A stretch of DNA of 64,000 nucleotides. Source: Ophelia neglecta. Lineage: Eukaryota. The translations under genes and the position numbers were made by a program. The notes below the pieces were generated by a model, which worked only from the letters and a program-made list of their open reading frames with translations, had not been told where the DNA came from and searched no databases. The DNA lies in NCBI GenBank assembly GCA_965285935.1, contig OZ260663.1:64356001-64420000 (forward strand). The letters run 5' to 3'. Below are positions 1 through 15,700 of this stretch, piece after piece. Position 1 is the first letter of the stretch. Each line of letters opens with the position of its first letter.

Positions 1-606
1 AATATTGGTATTAGTGCCCTTGTTGATGACAGCCCACCCTGAATCCAAAGAAGTGGATGACAGGAGGTGCTAATATCCATACCGCCTTTAGGATTTAGAC
101 TTGTCCTTTAAACTCACTAAAATCAGCTTCTTATGAGCTTTGTTGCCTCGTGCTAAACAAATGGGTACCAAGTTGAGGGAAGTAATACTGGTAATCAAAC
201 TGAAGCCTATTGTTTTTGTTTTGTTTTTCTGTATCAAAGCAATTTTCATGAAAGATATTCATGATATTGTGAAATCAAATTAAGCGGTTACACATATCAT
301 AATTTTTTTATTGCTACCTGAAATATATAATTGGAAAATCCTTATTTTGATAACAAAATATTCTAGAATATTTTTAATGGATATGATAGTATCTGCAAGG
401 AAACAAAAATCAGTAAAAAGAAGAATAGATAATATATGTTAACCTAATAACCATAATATTAAATAAGTAAAAAACTATCAATCTGAAAGGTTTATCAAAT
501 ATTGATGGGTTCCACAATATCAGATTAAAAATTTATTATTCATATGTTAATTTTTAATAAATACCTTTCAACTTGAGGCTAATAGACCTTTTTTGTTTTG
601 CTTCAG

Positions 607-735
607 AGGACAGAAAGTTGTTTGTGGGCATGCTGAATAAGCAACAAACAGAAGATGATGTCAGACAACTCTTTCAGCCCTTTGGTTCTATAGAAGAATG
701 CACCATCCTCCGGGATCAAAATGGAAACAGCAAAG
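607..735 (+). CDS. CELF4: CELF exon A (129 nt, phase 1-1): N-half of RRM2, (E)[42 protein letters not shown](G)
   Basis: Acceptor ttttgttttgcttcag at 606, donor G|gtaagt at 736, RNP2 motif LFVGML. Confidence 0.96.
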
Positions 736-3700
736 GTAAGTGCCTACTAAATAAGTATTCAACTCCAATTCCAATGACATTATCTTAAGTCTAGATTTAG
801 TTTTCAAATTTTTAGTTTGTTTTTGTTGTGGTTATTTCACTGTCATTTATAATAAAATTTGTTTTTGTTGGAATAAAAATTGTCTGTCATAAAACAAGCC
901 TAAATATTCAATTTATTTGAATATCAATTAATGGTACCTGTATGACATCAAACAAACCATAAACTCCTGACAACACACAAAAATGGGCAGACTTTTGACC
1001 CACTTTATCCAACAAAATTGCAGGTTAATACGGCAGAGCTTTTTTTCTTCACAATCAGTAGTAAAAAGAGTCCTAGTGACATGCAGGTAAATGCTTTCAT
1101 GGCATTGAAAACACCCATATGCTCAGATGCTAATTAAGTGGTTGACACATATGACCATGAGAACAAATCTGGGAATTATGTGATACAGTTACACTGATAA
1201 AATCATTTATTGAACTGAAATTTTTAACTAAGAGAAGTAATGAAACATCAAGAAATTGATTACTGCATTTTTTTTCTGCATGGCTGTTAAGTATTCTATG
1301 CCTGTTAGCAATATTGTAACTGGACTCGCACAGTGAAAATAGTCCTTAGTAAATAGTCCTTAGGTAGTGCTCTCTCTCTCCCTTGTAGATTGTTTGATAA
1401 TTGTGTTTCTGCATAAAATCTCTTGATTCGCTTCCAGTCTGCCTTTATAGCTCCCTTGCATCCCCAAGTGGAGAAAATCTGAAAGTATAATTACATCTAC
1501 CCCTTGATTACTTTCTCGCATGAAGACTATGAAATTATGCAGTTGGAATACGGAATCAAAGAAACTAAGTTTATTACATTTCTTCGATCAAGTTCCCTGT
1601 GCCCAATATTGTTCATTAATAACTATACAAATTGGAATATTTGCTCTATCAGTGAAATTTGCCAACACTTGCACAACTGGGGTGGAAATGTAGTGGGGAA
1701 CTGTTGGCACTAAAGGCATTAAATGTGAATATTTGTGGCTGTAAGGGCCTCGTGATAGCATTTTCTACCTCCTATTGTTGGTATTTAGAAACTGCCTTAT
1801 TGAATCTTGCTTGGAAATGATGCAAAAAGTGCCACCTGTCATCTCATATCCTCTCCCTCAAGTTGTCAGAAAGTGATAATCATGCAAGAAAATAGGCAAT
1901 TTACAGGCAGAATGAGAGGGGATGTTATATCAATATGATGCTGATACTGCTGAGCTAATGAAGCTGGCTTTTGTTTAGATATCATACACTGTACAATGTC
2001 CACTGTACCTATGAAAAAAAGACAACATATTTTGTACAGTGTACATAATTATACACTGTACCTATGATAAAATTACATCATTCTTTCCCAATGGTCCGCT
2101 TAGTTTGCAGGAACTTGCTGAAGATTTCCCAGGGTACCCTTCATAGCTGTTTTTTTTCAACATGAAATAAAGTTATTTCCAGATTCGCATCTATCACTTT
2201 TACCCTCAAGACTGGTATTTTGAAGGGCTTTCTTTATTCAATACAGTGATTTGATCAGATTTATCCAGGGAATGACGACATAGCCATCATCTGAGCTGTG
2301 AAGTCAGGAAGTTGTGTTTTACTTGTAACTTCAGGTCCTTTATCATCTCCTCAGGCTGATACCACCATCACCAACAACTGTAAATTATCTCCACAAAATG
2401 TCTTGGCTTCCGCAGTAAAAGCTTAGAAAAAACTGGAATAAAATGCACAGCTGCTCTGGAATGGGGGCACTTAGCATGCTCCTAGAGCTCTAATCAGGTC
2501 TAGTTTGATGAGAGAATGTGTGCACTCTTTCATGCTCACAAGGAGTGCAGTGAGTGAGCAAAGAAATCCAAGAAATGCAATATCAGCCAAATCAATTAAA
2601 TTGATCCACTCCGCCTGCTTTTCCATTCCTTCATCTCTTAGAAACAGACTGGTCTGCCTAAATTATGTCTGCGCAGCAGTTGGTGCACAACATTTTATCT
2701 ATACATTTAATAAGGTTGGGTTCACAGAAGGTCTTGTGCTTCTGTTTCAGCAGGCTTTGATGTGAAAAAAAATAGTTTCTTGTCGAGCTGTTTATTGCCC
2801 TCATAGTGATTATTATTAAAAAATGTGATTTTGTGCTGTATGGGTTGTGTTGGTTTGTGTAGTATGTGGAGTGGAGCTGTGATATACACCTTTCACAGCT
2901 GAGCCATGCCACGGGCTTTACTCTCGGTCATCACGCACAACACAGCAGCTCACAATGGAGGCATGGCTGGAGACACAGCCACCTAATTGTCATCAATAGT
3001 CTGCTTTTGGTCTTGGCTTGTGTTGTAATCAAGTTAACAGGGATATGCCCGTTTGGTATGAGTGTCACAACCAAGGGAGTTGTCAACCAAGCCTGACTTG
3101 ACAGAACAACCCCACTCTGCTCCAGCCTGCAGCAGCTCAATACACCAACAGTTCAATACTAGCCTGTTTTCCACAAGGAGGATAAAATATTGAAATTTCT
3201 ATAATGCCATGCAATTACATTCTCCTATATCTGTGGCTTGTGGCATATTTCCATCTGAGTCTCCCCCAATGATCCATTGCCAGTCAATATGTGTCATCAA
3301 TGTCTCCTCAGTTTGCCAGCCTCTGTTTGCAGTCACTTGGAGCCAGAAATCCTCCTGAGTCCCACCTGTATTGTATGGAGGTTTCCAGACACTGGTGTCC
3401 TCAAGCCAGCCCAGAGGACAAAAATGCATTGCCTTCATCCCACTAGCAAAACACAAACTTCATCCCGTTCACATATTTGATGTTCACACGTTTTTTGGGC
3501 TGATCAAGTGATTTCTGGCCCGAGGTTTTTAGTCAATTCCTCGCTTCTCAATTGGGGTGTGCCTCTGTTGATTATTTTTCATATGACCTCATTTATCAAC
3601 CATCAATGGTGTTGCTGAGAGTGAAAGTGTTCCCCAACCGTCAAATGGTTCAATGTTTCACTTGTATTGATCCCTCAAAGGGTGTTAGATGGAAATGGAA

Positions 3701-6700
3701 GCCAGTGTAAACCTGAAGAGTCGGCTCTAGAACATCCAGGAAACTTGCCTCCTCACTCTCCGTCTGCCTGCTTTCACAAACCTGACAATCACCTATTATA
3801 GCCAAACGATTTTGCTAGACATGAAAAAATACATGCCCTGCTTTGTTCGGATGTTTGCGTTGTTATAATGACGATATCGATAGGTTCCAACTTGTTTTGT
3901 AGGTGTTGCTTTGTCTAGCATCTCTTTAATGAATATGACAAGGGAAGAGAGCGTGCTTAGTTTTGGCCTGCATCCCCCGCATTTCCTCGTTTTTTTTATC
4001 TATGTACAACTAAAAGCTTTAAATGGCCTTTTCATTAACTGGTTCACAGCTGAATTGTCTGTAGGGATAGGTATTTTGGAGGAGTATATTATCTGTCCAT
4101 AGCAGCACTTCTATGGACATAAAGTGGCCATGACACCAGACCAATATCACAGGGGTCCTGCTTGTTTTTGGCCTTCACGTAGAAAGCTTCCCTGTCTGAA
4201 ATCCAAACATATTCAAGGCTGCTTTCAATAGGAGTCTGGCATTGTTTACATTTACCAGCAATGTGATCAAGTGCCAAGGGGCTTTCAGGAGAAAATGCAC
4301 AAGGGTGGATGAGTGTGTGATTATGTAAATTCCTGGAGGTTTGGAATTACTGGTGTTTCACTTTGAGCTAAGATCTGCCTGCAGAATGCCAGATCATGTA
4401 CTATCATTACAATGTACATGTACTAACTGCACTTTTCCATGTGTCTCTGACATTGGTGGGAATGCCAGCAGTCAAGTTCCAGTCATAAAACGGCTCTAAA
4501 TACCACACTATTGGTTTAATGCCCTATCTATTGAGCCATGAAGCCTGTAACTAGGCACTTTGACCGTGGCTTCTCACCAAACTAATAGCAAAATGTGATT
4601 AGATAACTGCAGCTTCTGTTAAAAAGTGTCATCACTGACTAAAGCAATGATTTTGTAGAAAATAAAACACTGAGTCATTAAGGTTATTAAATCATTGTAA
4701 AATTGCAACATGATTTAGCATAACTTTCATAGAGCTGCTAGTTGTTAATGATGCTGTTTATTGTTGGTTAAGTGCAGAGGACAATTTAGCTATTATCATT
4801 GAGAGCTTTGCTCAATTATTGAAGCACATCATCACAAATGGCAGATCTCCATATCCAGGCAGTTAAATAATTGAATGCCATCAAGAACACAACAAACAAG
4901 AGGCTATGATATCAAATTAAAATCATCATTGTAGGCTTTCCATCATTTAATAATACTGTTTGAAAAGCTATGAATAGTCTAGCCCAATGAATTCCTAGAA
5001 TTATATCTTCCTGTGCTGGTGAGATGCTTAGACAGAAAAAAGTCATGTGTAGACAGAAAAACATTATGTTATGAATGCATGTGCATGTGAATAGAACAGG
5101 TGAGGAATGTTAAAACTGGTAAATGTATGGTTCTTTATTTTTTTAACTGATATACTATAGTGCAGCTGGCAATGGTTGAGTGTAATACCATTCACTAGTA
5201 ATTGATATAAGCCTTGTGTGGAAGACACAGGGCTAGATACACATGTTGTTATTGATATGACACACTGGAATATCAACAATATAGATCCGTAGCTGGGCCA
5301 CCGTCTTTGACAGAGTTAACTGCAGCGCAAAAACTGGATTTTTACCTTGTACACATGTATACCACTAAACACATCACATCCCGCAAAGACTTCCAGCAAC
5401 CCTTCCTGGCTTTTAGTCACATGCATCCATTATCCAGGGCTAGCCTAAGTGCTTTTGTGTGGGAAAAAAGTCTGCCATATGCAGCAGGAAAACAAATGTA
5501 AGCAATAGGGACTACATCCAGGAATTGAGTGCATGTTGATTCTTGTTTATTGCTGGTTCCAGACAGTTCCAGGCTGTTTATAAGAACATTGACTAAAACT
5601 GTTAAACCAGGAATAAATCTGTCAAGAATCCTGGGTCAAATAAACGGTGTGTCCCAGGCGCATCAGATAAATGATCGCATAATATGTCTTGTAGCATTTG
5701 TTTGTGGTCTGTTGACGGACCGGGTTAGACATGCATTTACCAGGCTCAGATCACTAAAAAGAGGACGCTCTGCTGTATGAGGCCCCAGGCCCTGAAAAAC
5801 ATCATGGTTTCATGACGAAACCATCACCTCACCCTTTCTCCTCTGAATAGAGACATAAACATGTATTAAATGGATCACAGATATGATAAGGCTAGATGTA
5901 GTGATAAATGAGGCTTCAAGTACATGAATGAAAATACACTGTGTATACATGTAAATATCTGTTAGTCATCCTGTGGTATATTCTCTTATGCTAAGCTATC
6001 ACCAGCTCAACCTGGATAACCAGGGCCAGGCCTAGGTGCTGTTCTGTCAGGTCACAGGCTCAAGTCTACCAGGATGACCAGGGCCAGGCCTGGGTGCAGT
6101 ACAGTCAGGTCACAGGCCTAGAAGAGGCTGACCAGCGCCAGGCCTTGGTGCTGTTCTGTTAGATCACAGGCTCAGTTCTACCATAATGACCAGGGCCAGG
6201 CCTGGGTGCTGTTCAGTCAGGTCAAAGGCCTATAAGAGGCTGGTTGAGGTGGTCTATGACTGCTACACAGGGAGTGTAATCTGGTGTGCCGTCAGTCAAC
6301 ACTTTCCTTTAGCACTGACCAGGGATCTAAATGACAAACTAATGGCAAATGACTTGAGTTCTTCTGGGAGTGATCTCAGGCCTGGGCATTGGCATCCACC
6401 CACAGACATTGCTCATAATTCAATGAATCTAACTCTTTTTCCACATAATTTATTTGCACACAGTGTAAGTGAATTATGTCTTCAGGTCATAGGGACAATT
6501 CAAACAAGACTTCCCTGCCACATGAAAATACTCTCTTTCTTTCAGCTGAAACCTCAGCTATGTGGAGAATTAAAACACTTCCCACATTGAGGAATTGCAT
6601 GTGAACTTCCTGCTGTCATTGATTGGGGTTGATGTATATACATTGGTATATGTGTACCAGGTAGATGTCTTATTATTTTATGTTCATGTATGTTATGTAC

Positions 6701-9700
6701 CTGATCATATTTGCATCCTTCAAGGCTTTTATAAACATGTAAATGATGTGTTGGTTTAGTTCTAGACTACCTTGATACTGCCTTGTAGTTCTGTTGATAA
6801 GGTTTGAAGTCTTTCTGGCTCAGAGAACTTTGTATGCCAAGGAGGGCAGTTTTAAACCTGTCTCTATCAATTTCTTGGTACTTTGTTTGGCTTGTTTAAC
6901 AAGGATACTTAGGTGTATATGAAGCTCCTGAGCGGGACTGGATCAGTTTACATGTTCCACAGTCTTGTACTGGAGATATGCCTGCAATAAAATGTACAAT
7001 ATTAGTGTCAGTCTTGGCAAGAAATCCTACAGATCCCAAGAAGATGGAGCTGTTGAGGTCTAGACTGTGTACCAGGTCTCAGCCCACAGGAATTATGTTT
7101 AAAGAGTCAAGATAAACATGAGTGTTTGTCATGGCTTCCCCCGATCCATACTTCTCTCTAGGCTACTTTTATAGAAAGAGCCATTAAGCACTCATTTGAA
7201 TAGCTTTTCTTGCAAATTTCAGTTGGCCAGGAAATTTGAATATTTATCAGCAACTAAGTGGTTTTCTGTTGGGTGGCATGACGAGCTAGAATAAGCATAT
7301 AGCAGGTTCAATATTCATTATTCTGAACTTAGCTTGATTATACAGTAAATCCTCCAGGATTAGCAATACCATAAAGTTGTCACAGTAATAAGCATCATTC
7401 TGCTTTAGACGCTCATCCAGTAGTCTATTAGTTATAATAATATTTGGCTCTACCTGTCTAATTGTTTTATGTGTCCATCTGGTTGATGCTAATTGCTAAA
7501 TGGCATACCTGCTAAGCTTGGTTAAGCTTGTGTGCAAACATAATAAAGAGCCTATGTGTATATCACATAGGATTACAAAATCAGTGAGTTGGCTAATGAC
7601 ACTACAGACTATCAACAGATCAATGTGATGTAGTGAACTCCAGGTAAGTACTGGAGGGCTCTGTCAGTCATTAGGCTCTTTACTGTAGTGTCCTCAGCAA
7701 GAGAATCTACCTGTTATGCCATCCAGGTACAAGCCACCTGATCTGTCTTATGTTCACCTGAGCAGCAGTCTGCGTGTCCATGTCTTGTGTGCTCCACAGC
7801 AGATGAGAGATGCTGCATGTCTTCCTGCTAATGAAATCTGATCCCAGCATTACAGACACAGTGCTGATTTGTCAGCTTTGTTATTTATTCACAGTAGCCC
7901 CCAAGCTTTGTGTGCACAGTGAGTGGAGCAGTGGGGGGCTGTTGGCTGCTAATTACCTTGTCCAGATTATCTATAGAGATAAGGGAAGCCTGTGGTATGG
8001 TCACACTTCACACTTGGGTGTCCCTCACATCAGGCCTTAAACTGCTACTGTATGACACAGCATGGATCTGGTCTCTGTCACCAGCAGTCACTTCACTGCT
8101 CTCAAACTAACCAAGCTTTAACATCACCAAGGCTTTCTTACCACTGCATAATTTGGTAGCATTATCTGTATTTTATGGCTGCTCTGCTACTAATTGGTGG
8201 AGATGTTCGATTTTACAGATATTTCATGCTCCTTATTATCTTGATCAAACATGGCATTGGTGCCATGTACAGATGAGAACACCTTGTGGGTTAAATTGGT
8301 TGCCTGGAAGGAAATGTTGTATGCAATTTAATAAGAAATATCAGGCAAAATTTGTTTTAATCTATTTGGAACATGCAAGTGAGATTATAAGAATTAGTTA
8401 TCAGCAAAATTGTTCCCTTTATTGAAGTTGTTTAAGTAATATTGCAATTCATGTCAAACACACTTGCAAAGCTCCTCCTAGCAGCAGACAAATGATGAAA
8501 TGCAAAGATAGTTGGCTTTGCCTCAAGTTCTCCATGAGTACATGGATGTAGACTCACTTAAGTCATTTTATAGTGGCTCCCGGTGTGCCCATCACTCAGT
8601 GTAGATGTACACACTGAGGGCCTTGGATCCCAATGCTTGCTCTCTCCCTTCGTGTTTGTTGTTCGCTGCAGTCATTCCAGCCCCATTGCCTGTAGAAAAA
8701 AATTGTATCCTTGATGACCGTTGGTGTGGAAACTGTCAATTTCTGAAATGGATATATCTGGGGGCTAGCACTGAAAGGCCAAATGTTTGCTGCAATGATT
8801 TCCCACCTACCCCCATGTCAATCCATAGGGAATGTAGCACAGCAATAGGCTCAATATCACATAAAACTGTTGATTATGTGCTTAGGTTTTGACTGATGTA
8901 TTTTGGTGGCAAATGCTGTGTCATATTCGTCATAATCGTGCATGTATTGATTTATCCCGAACCACCCTATTTACACATTTCCTCCCTCACCGTTTGCAAT
9001 CTTCCTCCGATTGTCTTTCTCTATACCCTTAAGGTTTCCAGGCATCACAACTCAGGATGCGATTGCTCATTAGTGATGATACAGGGCATCATTTGGCTTT
9101 CAATAGACAGATAATGCAGATAAATCATATGCTAAATACAGGCTTTCCCAAGCTGTACACGTGCCATACTGTGCCCAGCCTCTGATAATTTTTCTATCAA
9201 GCCTGAGAATACCAGCATTTTTCTTTGGCCATCATCAGACCCTGCTCAGGTTGTCACCACCCTCAGCAACTGCCAACAGGAATCAATTACACATATGGTA
9301 TGTTATTGCAGGGGGCTCTTCTGGGAAAGATACAGGCCCACTTCTCATTACTTCTCAAAGTGCACTCCCCTTTTATATGAATATATGAATACTATTATTT
9401 TGTTTAAGACTCTGGAGGGAATTATATTTTCTCTGTTTAGGCAAATTGCAGCAAATAGTGGTGGGGGAACAGGGTGTGAACGGTAAACTAGAGAATGGGT
9501 GGCTTGATTTTGTCATTAGAGTTTTGGTAATTGACTGCCTAATGGAATGTGAATGTTGCCCCAGTAGAGTGGAATTGACCAGAGCCTAAGTGTCCCCTTC
9601 ACAGTGGTTGACCATGACCAATAACAGTCCCTGTGACCTGCTACTCACAGGGTCAGAAGGCAAGCACCAAATACTACTCAACTCCAATGATCTCAAATTA

Positions 9701-12700
9701 CAGGCAAGTGTAATAACAGATTTCTGGCCTTCATCTTTGTCATCAAGGCCACTATTACATTAAGCTTTATGGCTGAGTCAAGAAAGCAAGTTACTCCCAT
9801 TAATAATATCCAGGGTTTTGCTAGGAGAACGTTGGTAGTGGTCGAAGCAGTATCTACAGTCAAGTTGAAGATACCTGGCTATGTCACCAAGGCAGCCACC
9901 AAGGGAAATAGGGGGAGGGAGAGGGAGGGGGGAGGGATCAGGCTGCCTGTGTGAGCTATAAGACACATCCTGTATTTCACAGGTAACCATATGCCAACTT
10001 AAGATAAAGAAGGGGCTGGAAGTTTCTTGATGGGCCCAACAGACCGCCAACATCTGTACATGTCAAAACCTTATGTTATGTGTTATATGGCAGTCAGCCT
10101 TGGCAGTAAATCTTAAGCTTCCTGATACAGTTTAATGCATCTGGAGCAAGGGGCCTTTGGCAGACATTTGATTGATGTCTTGTGCCCTTAAGACGAGCAA
10201 CTTTGACCTTTTTGAGACCTCTAAGCACCAGGTGTATATGCTTTGTTTCACTCTCATAGATTATTGAGCTGTTTTCTTATACATAAATATCTCTAATATC
10301 ACCCATGCTGGCAGCATGTAATGGCAGAGAGCAGACGGGCTGAACACTAATGCTCAAATGCAAACATTTGCTTTTGACTGGTAGATAAATGTGGATAAAT
10401 ACACAGACCGCTGGCTGAGTCTCCCTTGGTCCATTTCCCGACAAACTCTGCTGTGTTTGCCGCCACATTTCCGGGAATGGTTTTATAAATCATTCCCTCT
10501 TGTTTGTACATTGCCTCCCTGTACTACACGATTCCCTATCACCGACTTGCCTCGAGAATAGGCCATCATTCCATTATCTCTGTCTTATCGAAAATTACTG
10601 CTGAAGAAATTTCTATCTGGTTCTATCATATATCACTGTAGGCAAAGATTCCTTTGATGGTGCAAACTTGACTTGTGCTATCTATTGGCTTTCTTCCTGT
10701 TCTCAGCAGCAGGAAATCAGGGTTGGAATGTATAAAATGTCTGTCAAGTGCTTGTGTGCCAATTATATATGTTTTTATAAAAATCCTACCTACCAACCTC
10801 ATGTGTTGCATCAACTTGTTTTAAGAGAGAAGAATGCCTATCTAAACCTACTCTGCTCCTAGATTTAATATGCTCAGAGGGGCTTCAAGGCACTGAGTAA
10901 TATGAGGAAAAACTGCTCTGAGTTGCATTAAAAGCGACAAAGGTGCTATTACAGACATTACCTGATTGCAAGACCTGCTCCCTGAAGGTAGCTAGCAAGA
11001 TGTAGTGCTTGGTGTGAGTGCTGCTGCTTTGCTGTATATGTAAAGTATCTGTGGGCAATGGACAGTAAAACTCATCATGCTAGAAACCCTCCACATCTAG
11101 CATCCTTTAATCAGGTAGATTACCTCTGCTGATAACTTTCCTCCAGGAGTCAAAAGCATAATGTATCCACTGTGAATGTATGTACTGATAGTAGATTTCT
11201 GAACCATGAAGAGTGGTGGATATTCTGTACAAGATGAGGAATGGGGGGAAGGGAGGATGGTAGAGTGTAATATCTTGTAGTTTAAGATAAAGTAAGTCAG
11301 ATAAACTAACCAAGAGTATGTCAGACATCTAGGTCACATGACATGGGGCAGAATGAAGCCAGACCACAAGTCCCCACTCCTTGGTCCACTACTACTTATT
11401 GGCTGCAGCTGTGGTAGGTTACAGCCGTGCTGCCAGCAAGTCTCATTAGGTTAACCATATGTCATCACAGTAATTTGTATGAAGGTGGGTGGATCAAACA
11501 ATAGCTAGATTACTACTCCAATGATGGTATGAAAGGAGTATAGCTAGGGATATCAGTAATGGCTGGTTTCCCAAAGCTAACCCTCTTTAACAGGGTAAAA
11601 GGCAAGGTTGTCTTGTCTCCTTTACATTTTTGATATTGTCTATAAAGCAATAAAATCATGCAAAATGAATAATTACTATCTAGTTACCTGTCTTATCAGG
11701 TCCACTACCAGTGCCTGGTGTATTTTATTTGGTATTCAAATTAAAATTCAAATGAGCCCTCCCCCAAATTGTACAACATCTGTATTATCCTAGCAACCGT
11801 TTGTTCAGACTTAGGGACATTAGCACCTCCTTTATGTCTCTCTTTTAATGTCCGTGTTAAGCATATCATTATTAACACACACATGCTCCTCTTTGGTTTT
11901 AAAACACCCAGAACAAAGCTGTCAGCACATCATCACAAAACATTAGAAAATTGCGATTTAAGGTGGCGAACAAAATACATGTACCATTGTACCTGTTTGT
12001 GGTGAAATACTCTTGGGCAGAATTCCTGTCTAGTCATGGACAAATATGAGATGTACATGTGCATGTATATGATTTAATTATTTAGTGGCTGATTTTACTT
12101 TATTCACTGTTTACAACTTACACAGTCATGTTTCCTGCGTCTTAACCGAAGACATTCAATTCATGATAGCATGTTCTCGGCCACTAACTGGCAATTCAGT
12201 TAAAAACTGCCTTCCATTTATGTGATGAGCATGCTTTGTTGTGCAGTTCTTATTGTGTACTTCAAATTCTTACAGACTAAAACTGGATTCAACTGGTATA
12301 GGTTTAAATAAATTGAAATGCAAATGGGTTGAAACTAGAAAAGTTAAACTTGTGTTGATAATTTACCGGCATTGAAATATAAATTAAAAATGAAGGTGCC
12401 CTTCAAAAATACTGGTAAAAAATTGCTCCAGTTGACATTGAAATATATCTGAAATTAGTACAGACCATTTAAAAAAAAAGCAAATTCATGATTGTACAAA
12501 ATCAATGTCTTGAAAGAGAATTTATTGTACATAGAATGAAAGCTTCTAAACTATAAATGCTAAATCAAGGCTCCCTTTGCCTTCATATTGCATTTAAATG
12601 CTACTTTAATGTCAAATCAATGCCGAATCAATGCAAAGAGCCCATTTACTTTTTTTGGAGGGAAGTCAATATATTTATGGAGGTTGATATGTGCACCCGC

Positions 12701-15700
12701 TTAAACATAAATCAATTTTTAAAGACATAAATTTTTTAAAATTTATATGAGTTGTGCAAGACTTTTTGTTTGAGACTAATAGAAGGGCTCTGTTCTGGAA
12801 CTGGTTAACCTCAGAGCAGACAATTGAGAGCTTTTTGACACAATTGACAGCTGTCTAAGGCTGAGAGAGGCAAGTGCTCAAAGTATTGCAGAATTTCAAC
12901 GGATGGTGTGACCAAAAGCACAAAACTGGTGTCCGCTAGTGTATGATACACTTGTCACTCTTACTGCTTTATATTGTCACAAGCTTTTTTTATTTTCACA
13001 AGGGAAAGCAATCTTATTCAACCAGGGTTTTATGCTCATATCTCTTTATTATCATGGAATTATCAATTATCTTGCCAGGTTCTAATTTCCTGTTTTTCAT
13101 AATTTGGTTTAACCATAAAATTGAAATTCAAGATTTTTACATGACAAAAATGTTTCAAAATATTGGGTATTTATTTTCAATGCCAAGAAGAAAAATTGGA
13201 TTGACCTTACATTGTTTAGGATACTGGTAATATGGGAAAAAACCTATTAAAAATTGGCTTAAAAGACATTTTTCAGTGCATGGTTTAATAGTAAATAAAA
13301 AAAAACACATTTGTTGGATTACAATTATCAGCATGTAATAAATAAATTATTCAGATGCAGTCCTGGATAGAATTATTGAGTTGTTTATCCATTTTCTGAG
13401 TACTGAAAATTGTTTTAGACGCAAGTGAGTAGATGAGCATTTTAAGTGAATCATTGTAAGTCATTTAATTAACAAGGGGGACAGGGTATTCCAGACATGG
13501 CGGTCATTAAAAAACAGCTTCATTTTAAATGACTAGCCTGAAGAATGATGAACCCAACTCTTCTCTGCATATAGGAGAACCCTAGGTGTGTTTAACAGCA
13601 ATCAAACCTGTCTGAAGACATTTTAGAGAGAACAAATCTCTAATACTCAGGTGAAGTTTGGAGAGCTGTACTTATTGACAGGCCTGATTTAATCAGCTGG
13701 AGGAGAGAGAATATCTGATGTCTTGGTGGACAGTAAAATACATTACTGATCCTGCCAGTTTCATCCAGGGATGGATCAAGACTGGACTTGTTTATCTTCC
13801 TCAGCTTTTTTGATTGATGACATTCTTGCTTATTGGATGGTTATGAATGTAACAGGTGACTCACCAAGTTTATGGCATTAAATATTTAAGTTATGCTTTT
13901 CATCAACTAATTTTGAAAAAAAATTTGGTGTTATGCTTTTCGGGTTGCTATATTCTGTTTTGTGATAACTGCATTAATCAGTGTGCGTCTAAAATGTGAT
14001 TACCAAATGTAATGAATTTTTACAGAGATAGTGAAATATCAATATTTTTGTATTACTCAGAACAAAAATACGGTGAACTATCTTCATATTAGTAGGTCCT
14101 TTTTAAACGAAATTTCAAGAAACTGTACTGAACCTTAAATCAATGAACACTTCTGTGGTTGTAAAGAGGTAACCAGCGAACAGACAACCATGAAGACTGA
14201 CATTATGTTACAGTACAAAAACATAAATTTATATACCTTATAGTACTAAAGACAATGTATGGATTGTAAAGCCTGGAACTATAGGTAACACTTCTAGGTA
14301 TACCTTGAAAAACCATTATAGTACACACAAAAATAATTTTATAGAAACTGAGTATGCTGGTATACAGAAATTGATCAGAAGGAACTGTGTCAACAGCAAA
14401 AATGGAGGAAAAACGTGTAGGCGGCCTTGTATGATTTCTCAGTAGCACTAGCCACTACTATACACATTGATTTATGACTTCAGTTATTACTCCAAATAAG
14501 ATTCTCTATAATTGTTTGGTTGGATGAACATTGAATTTGGCACTTTCAAGTTAGGGAAATAATGAAATATTGAGTTCCTAGACTTTCATCCTGGCGAAAT
14601 CCCTTTTCCGCGCATCCAGGAAGTGAGAATGCAGCAAGGGATTGGGTTTTGACAGGATAAAAGGATTCAGTGTCAGGAGGCACAATTAGATTCTCTACGA
14701 AACATAGCAGCAATTGGCAACAGGATGAGTGCTGCATCCGGGCACAACATGATAGCAGCCCATCTAGCAAGTTTACAGAATGAAATAAATCACTGCACTT
14801 TGAAGCTCGGCACCCGAGGTTTTTTGTATGTTTCAGATTTCAATTGGTTGACTAGGGAGATAAGAGCCTGTAGAACCTGCTTCAGACATACTTAGACACA
14901 TCTTAAGTTACTGCTGCCCACAATTTTTCTCAGAGTACATGTATATACATGTATATATGTATTCCCAGAATCCTTGGGTATGAGAAGAATTTAGCACCAA
15001 ATCACTGGATCACCATAGTAATTGCTGTTTCAGCACCACAGACCTGGTGCCTCAGGCTGGTTCTTCTGCTCAGTAGCAAGGAAAACTCTGTGGACATACA
15101 GTGGAGACCTCTGGCAAAAGTCAGTGCAATCATATCTATGAGATCAAATCCCAGGAGGCAGCAGTTGTAGTATAGAGATGTCGTGGGTATCATAATGTGC
15201 TTCACAGTGTGCTGACTGTGGATCAGCTTGTGTGTGAAGCAGTCTAATCAAATCACAGGTGTTAATATACTACTACTGTCTACATACAATGAAACACACT
15301 TATGACTTTGTGCCCAACTGATGATGGGCAGTCACATCGTTGAGCATAGCTGTAGATACTTTGTACAAAACGTTGTATAGCTGTATTCCGGGATATACTA
15401 GAAAATACAAAATTGATGTTTTTTTTACAGCATTGAGTATGTTGTCTTATGTTTGAATTTAGGAGGTTATTTATTTCAACATCACACATATAACATGTGT
15501 CATATCTCTTGTGACATGAATGGCTTGAGAATATTTAATGCTCTATGTCAAGTTTGTGGGAGTTTAGGAACTAGGCTGATTGTTTAATCATGTTTGTATA
15601 CGAAATAAACAGCAACCCTGATATTTACTTGTAGATTGAAGTGTTGTTCAAATGTCAATGAAGCTACAATTGAATGCCTGATTTCTGATGTCTGCCTTCA

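Noticed and set aside
3890-4102. Acceptor ttgttttgtag|GT with an open frame, considered as a mutually exclusive copy of exon B
   Set aside because: The translation ([12 protein letters not shown]...) lacks RNP1 similarity and there is no suitable donor about 80 nt downstream.
6186-6590. 134-aa ORF
   Set aside because: Begins inside a tandem repeat, with no motif or splice support.
14140-14202. Possible C/D box snoRNA (atgaac...ctga)
   Set aside because: Box C does not match RTGATGA, and there is no terminal stem or recognisable guide.
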